Positions 60,444 to 64,000 of a DNA stretch of 64,000 nucleotides are shown in pieces (positions within the stretch are counted from its first letter, which is position 1; every line of letters starts with the position of its first letter). Source of the DNA: Amoebophrya sp. A120 (lineage: Eukaryota > Protista > Dinoflagellata); NCBI GenBank assembly GCA_905178155.1, contig CAJINV010000012.1, positions 2,258,166 through 2,322,165 of the forward strand. Reading direction: 5' to 3'. The notes below the pieces were generated by a model, which worked only from the letters and a program-made list of their open reading frames with translations, made no database searches and had not been told where the DNA came from. The translations under genes and the position numbers were made by a program.

Positions 60444-63400
60444 TTAACCACAGAGGGACTGGGCCACGAGCGCGATCGGCATAGCCAGCAAGGTATGAAT
60501 TGCAAAGGCGTCGCACAAGTAGTAATTGCAATACAAATTCGCGCAGCATGACAAATGGAATCTGTAATGCTAATTGACCTTGGGAGCGAGCAGATTTGTA
60601 ATGCATGGCTGCAATTACTACGAGTATGATACTTTTGCAGTGGATACAAGGCAATCGGAGTGAAGATCATCATCGGGATGCAGTGCAGCTCGCCCTTCCT
60701 GACCGCGGGACCGTCCGCCTTCGCGGCCGGCTTGGCCGCGGCCGCACCACCGGCGGTGGCGGCCGCCGCCTTCGGCTTACCGTCATCCAGCACCCCGATC
60801 ACCGCGTCCGGGGCGTACTTTCCAATCACATCCGGGGGGTGGATCATGTTAAACTCCTCGGTTGCGTCCTTACCCGCGAAGGTCAGGATCGCCAGCGCAC
60901 CACCGGGGTGGTCCGGGAGAAACTTGGTCACATCCAGGACCTGGCCGTTCACCACGACCCAGCAGTCTGTTTTTAGTTGTTTTGATCATTTTGTAAGTAT
61001 GTCGTCAGCGATCTCGTCAATATATTGTGGTCCAGCAACATCATGCTCATGCACTTGCACGGCGGATTCCGCAACAAAAATTTAAGTTTAACTCGTGGTG
61101 TGCATCTTCGATTTACATTGCAGAGTTTGTACCACGAAGCAAACAATCTATCACTATCATGCATGAAAATCGATGTTATATATTACCCTGCTCCGTAGTG
61201 TGCTTGGCGACTTCCGCCAGGGTGTAGCCACCGCTTCCCGCACCCGCGGCCGCCGGAGCACCCTTGTTCGGCTCGTCCTCGTAAGAACCACCGGACAGGG
61301 CGGACTTCTCGGTACCGCCGCCGGAGATACCGCCACCAGAAAGCTCGCGCAACGAGGTAGCCTTCAACGACGAACCGAGCATATACTGGGCGCAGCTGTT
61401 GTTGAGGTGGTTTTTGATTCAGGATCTTTCTTGATCTTGTCATGCTAAACAGAAGTGCGGCACACTTTGCCTCCCCCTTTGTAAACGGCCGCAGATGGCT
61501 GTCACGCAGGGAATGTAGGTCAGGCGATCGTTGCACTAAAGAGCGAAAGCGTCATGTCAATCATGCATGAGAAACATCAAAAAATATGCTCTAAAAGTAT
61601 ACGCCTTTCCCGCGACGCGACCGTAGACCACGCAGTCCAGCAACGAGTTGCCGCCCAACCGGTTGTTTCCGTGGACGCCACCCATCACCTCACCCGCCGC
61701 GTACAGACCCGGAATGACTTTTCCGCCCGCGCCAACCACCTCGGAGCTGGTGGTGATTTCCAAACCGCCCATGCAGTAGTGGATAATCGGGGTGATGATC
61801 GCGACGTAAAACGGCTCGGAGGCGAACTGGGAGCCCGGGATGATGTTGTGGAAGAACTTCTTTCCCGACCCGGTCTTGCCGGACGGCTCGTCCCAGGTCT
61901 TGCCGCTGGGGTAGGCCGGGAACGGGCCACCATCCGGATCCTTCTCCATCTTCATCGCAGCCTGGTAGTGGGCCTCGTGGGCGGCAGCCATGCGCTCCAC
62001 CGGAACACCGAGGTCCTTTGCGAGAGCGGCACCAGACTCGTAGAACTTCATCACGCCACGCCCGGTGTAGTGCTTGCAGTGCCAGATGATTTCTTCGGAG
62101 GCAGCCTGAGGTTTTAGGTGGAGGTGGTTATGATGTTGACTACGCTTGTTTTTTTGGAGAGAGATGTTCAAGCGTGATGGCATTTTTCTGACTGTTACTG
62201 GAGAGGCACTGATCATGCATGCCCGCAAATTGCACATAAAATGTATTTACAGTTTTACCTTGTTCAAGCACAGACGGAAGGGTCCCTTGTTCTTCCACAT
62301 CTCCCCGGTGACGTAGTCGCGGCGACCCAACTCGTTGGCGAACCGGTTGCCATCGGCATCGAAGATCAAACCACCGACACCGCGCAGCGCCTCGGCGGCC
62401 AAAAACTTCACCTTCGCATCGGGGTCCTTGGGGTTCACCAAACCGGTCGGGTGGACCTGCACCCACTCCAGATCGATGGTCCGCGCACCAATGGCTTCAC
62501 CCATCTTGATACCGTCACCTGCGGATTTGATGGTATTGTTTTCATTCTACTGTGATGAGCAGTAGATGAACACGACCCATCTTCAAAAATAACGATCATC
62601 ATTCTCTTAAGGTTGTACAGCAGACGAGCTGGAAATTTAAACTACCGGTGCAGTGCTCGCCATTCGAGGTGGGCAAGTGCATCAAGTCCGGGCGGTACTT
62701 GGCTAGCAGAGAGTCCTGGGAAAAGTCGGCGCCGAACCCGCCAGTGGCGATGATGACCGGTCCCATTTCCTTCAGCATGGAGCCACCCTTTTCGTAGTTG
62801 ACCCCGACGACCTTGCCTCCCTGGAAGATCAAGCTGGTGGCCTTCGCCTTGGTGACGACCTTTGCCACGGACCCGTTGGTCTTCTCGGCGATCTTCTCCA
62901 CCATCTGGATCAAGGCGTAGGTGATGGTCATACCCGGGAAGCGCTCCTTACCACGGTGGGTACGCGGGGCGGAGTGACCACCCAGACGGGCGACCAGAGA
63001 GAGGTCCAGACCGAACACGTCCATCAACCAGTCGCAATCCGGACCAGAATTTTCGGCGAGGACCTTTTTTTGTATTGCAGAATTTTGCATGATGCGTTGT
63101 CGTAGCTGTTCTGTAAAAGTTCAAGTTTGGAATGCATATGACTAATGAGAGCTCAAAGTTGTATTGCAAAAGTCACATATTATACCTTGACCAACTCCGG
63201 CTTCTTCGCACCACCCTTCAAGCAATCGTTGGTAAACAGCTCCACGGAATCCTCAATTCCATTGGCGCGTTGGGTCTGTAGTGGTATTGGTAAGTGGTTT
63301 AGGCATGACAGACTTGATCCATCATCTTGGTTTCACATCTTAAATTGCAAGCGTAAGCTTGCAGTTTGAATGAGACATGCAAATTCCCGAACAAAATCCA

Positions 63401-63589
63401 AGTGAATAAATCCCAAGTGTGTTGTATTAATACCTTGGTGTTAGCCCCGTTGATTCCACTGGTGGCCTTGGTCGAGTTACCACCGCAGAACGCGGACTTG
63501 TCCAGCAGCACAACCTTGCCGCCGTTTTCCATAACGGTATTGGCCGCAGCCATACCGGACAAACCACCTCCGAGAACGATAGCAGTCAT
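60444..63589 (-). CDS. Flavocytochrome-c/Osm1-type fumarate reductase flavoprotein fused to a cytochrome b5 domain and hydrophobic C-terminal tail
   Basis: [61 protein letters not shown]; b5 motifs DCWVVVNG and HPGG; six GT-AG introns and one introner. Confidence 0.93.
60494..60646. mobile_element. Introner/MITE family A (opposite orientation)
   Basis: Ends tatgaattgcaaaggcgtcgcac...atgatacttttgcagtggata; repeat caagg; removal restores [10 protein letters not shown]. Confidence 0.93.
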
Positions 63590-64000
63590 TTTCGGTTGTT
63601 ACGTTTTCAGAAAAAACGCAAAAAAAAAAGACGAGAGTTTCTTTGTGGAACTCAAAAAGCTTAGAAACACAACTAAAGAGATTTCGATTTTGTACGTTGA
63701 TTGGTTTTTTTGCAAGAGGTCTATGCGATCTCTTAGGGTTGTTGAAAAGTTTTTGACAAGTCCTCTGGTATGTACACTTACATACACAGCAAGACGTTAC
63801 TTAGTTGTGATTGATTTATTTCGGGTAACTTTGTTTACAAGTAGAGCAGCACTTTTGCTCGTTACTTCGGTCAAAGTGCAACAAGAGGTGGAAAACAGAA
63901 TAACACAGTGTGTTGAGTTTAAGGTTTGGTATTCAAAAGCTCGGTATACTTACCAAGGGTAGCACAAGGTTACTTCTTGTAGTTTGGAGGTAGTTGCTTT

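Noticed and set aside
7733-60654. Recurrent short ORF peptides such as CKSIVLV, PDPDIFAFD, KCLGLE, ICHA
   Set aside because: They are translations of the repeated introner TIRs and motif, not a protein family.

Overview
Gene-dense eukaryotic nuclear DNA. Its architecture closely resembles a parasitic syndinian dinoflagellate such as Amoebophrya (inferred from architecture only, no search run). About 18 protein-coding genes can be reconstructed and all lie on the minus strand. Recognisable products: a PPP-family pseudo-phosphatase with a membrane anchor, a tandem PDZ-like/coiled-coil protein, a CDK-like kinase fused to a cyclin box, a COG0523/CobW GTPase, a long signal-peptide protein ending in a PPPDE/DeSI peptidase, dynein-2 light intermediate chain, calcyclin-binding protein, and a flavocytochrome-c-type fumarate reductase with a cytochrome b5 domain. 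The dominant feature is 31 short (148-322 bp) MITE-like introner elements in 8 sequence families. All have terminal inverted repeats starting TAT (TGT at one end in two copies), all are flanked by a 5-bp direct repeat, and all carry an internal GCAT-N-ACAA motif. In the 30 copies inside reconstructed genes, deleting the element plus one repeat restores the reading frame. This holds in either element orientation and mostly without possible GT-AG ends, implying a sequence-symmetric, non-canonical excision or splicing route alongside ordinary GT-AG introns, many of which carry the same motif. Also present: an alternating purine-pyrimidine island next to a hairpin-dense non-coding block (5.85-7.55 kb). 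All coordinates were read by eye and may be off by a few bases.
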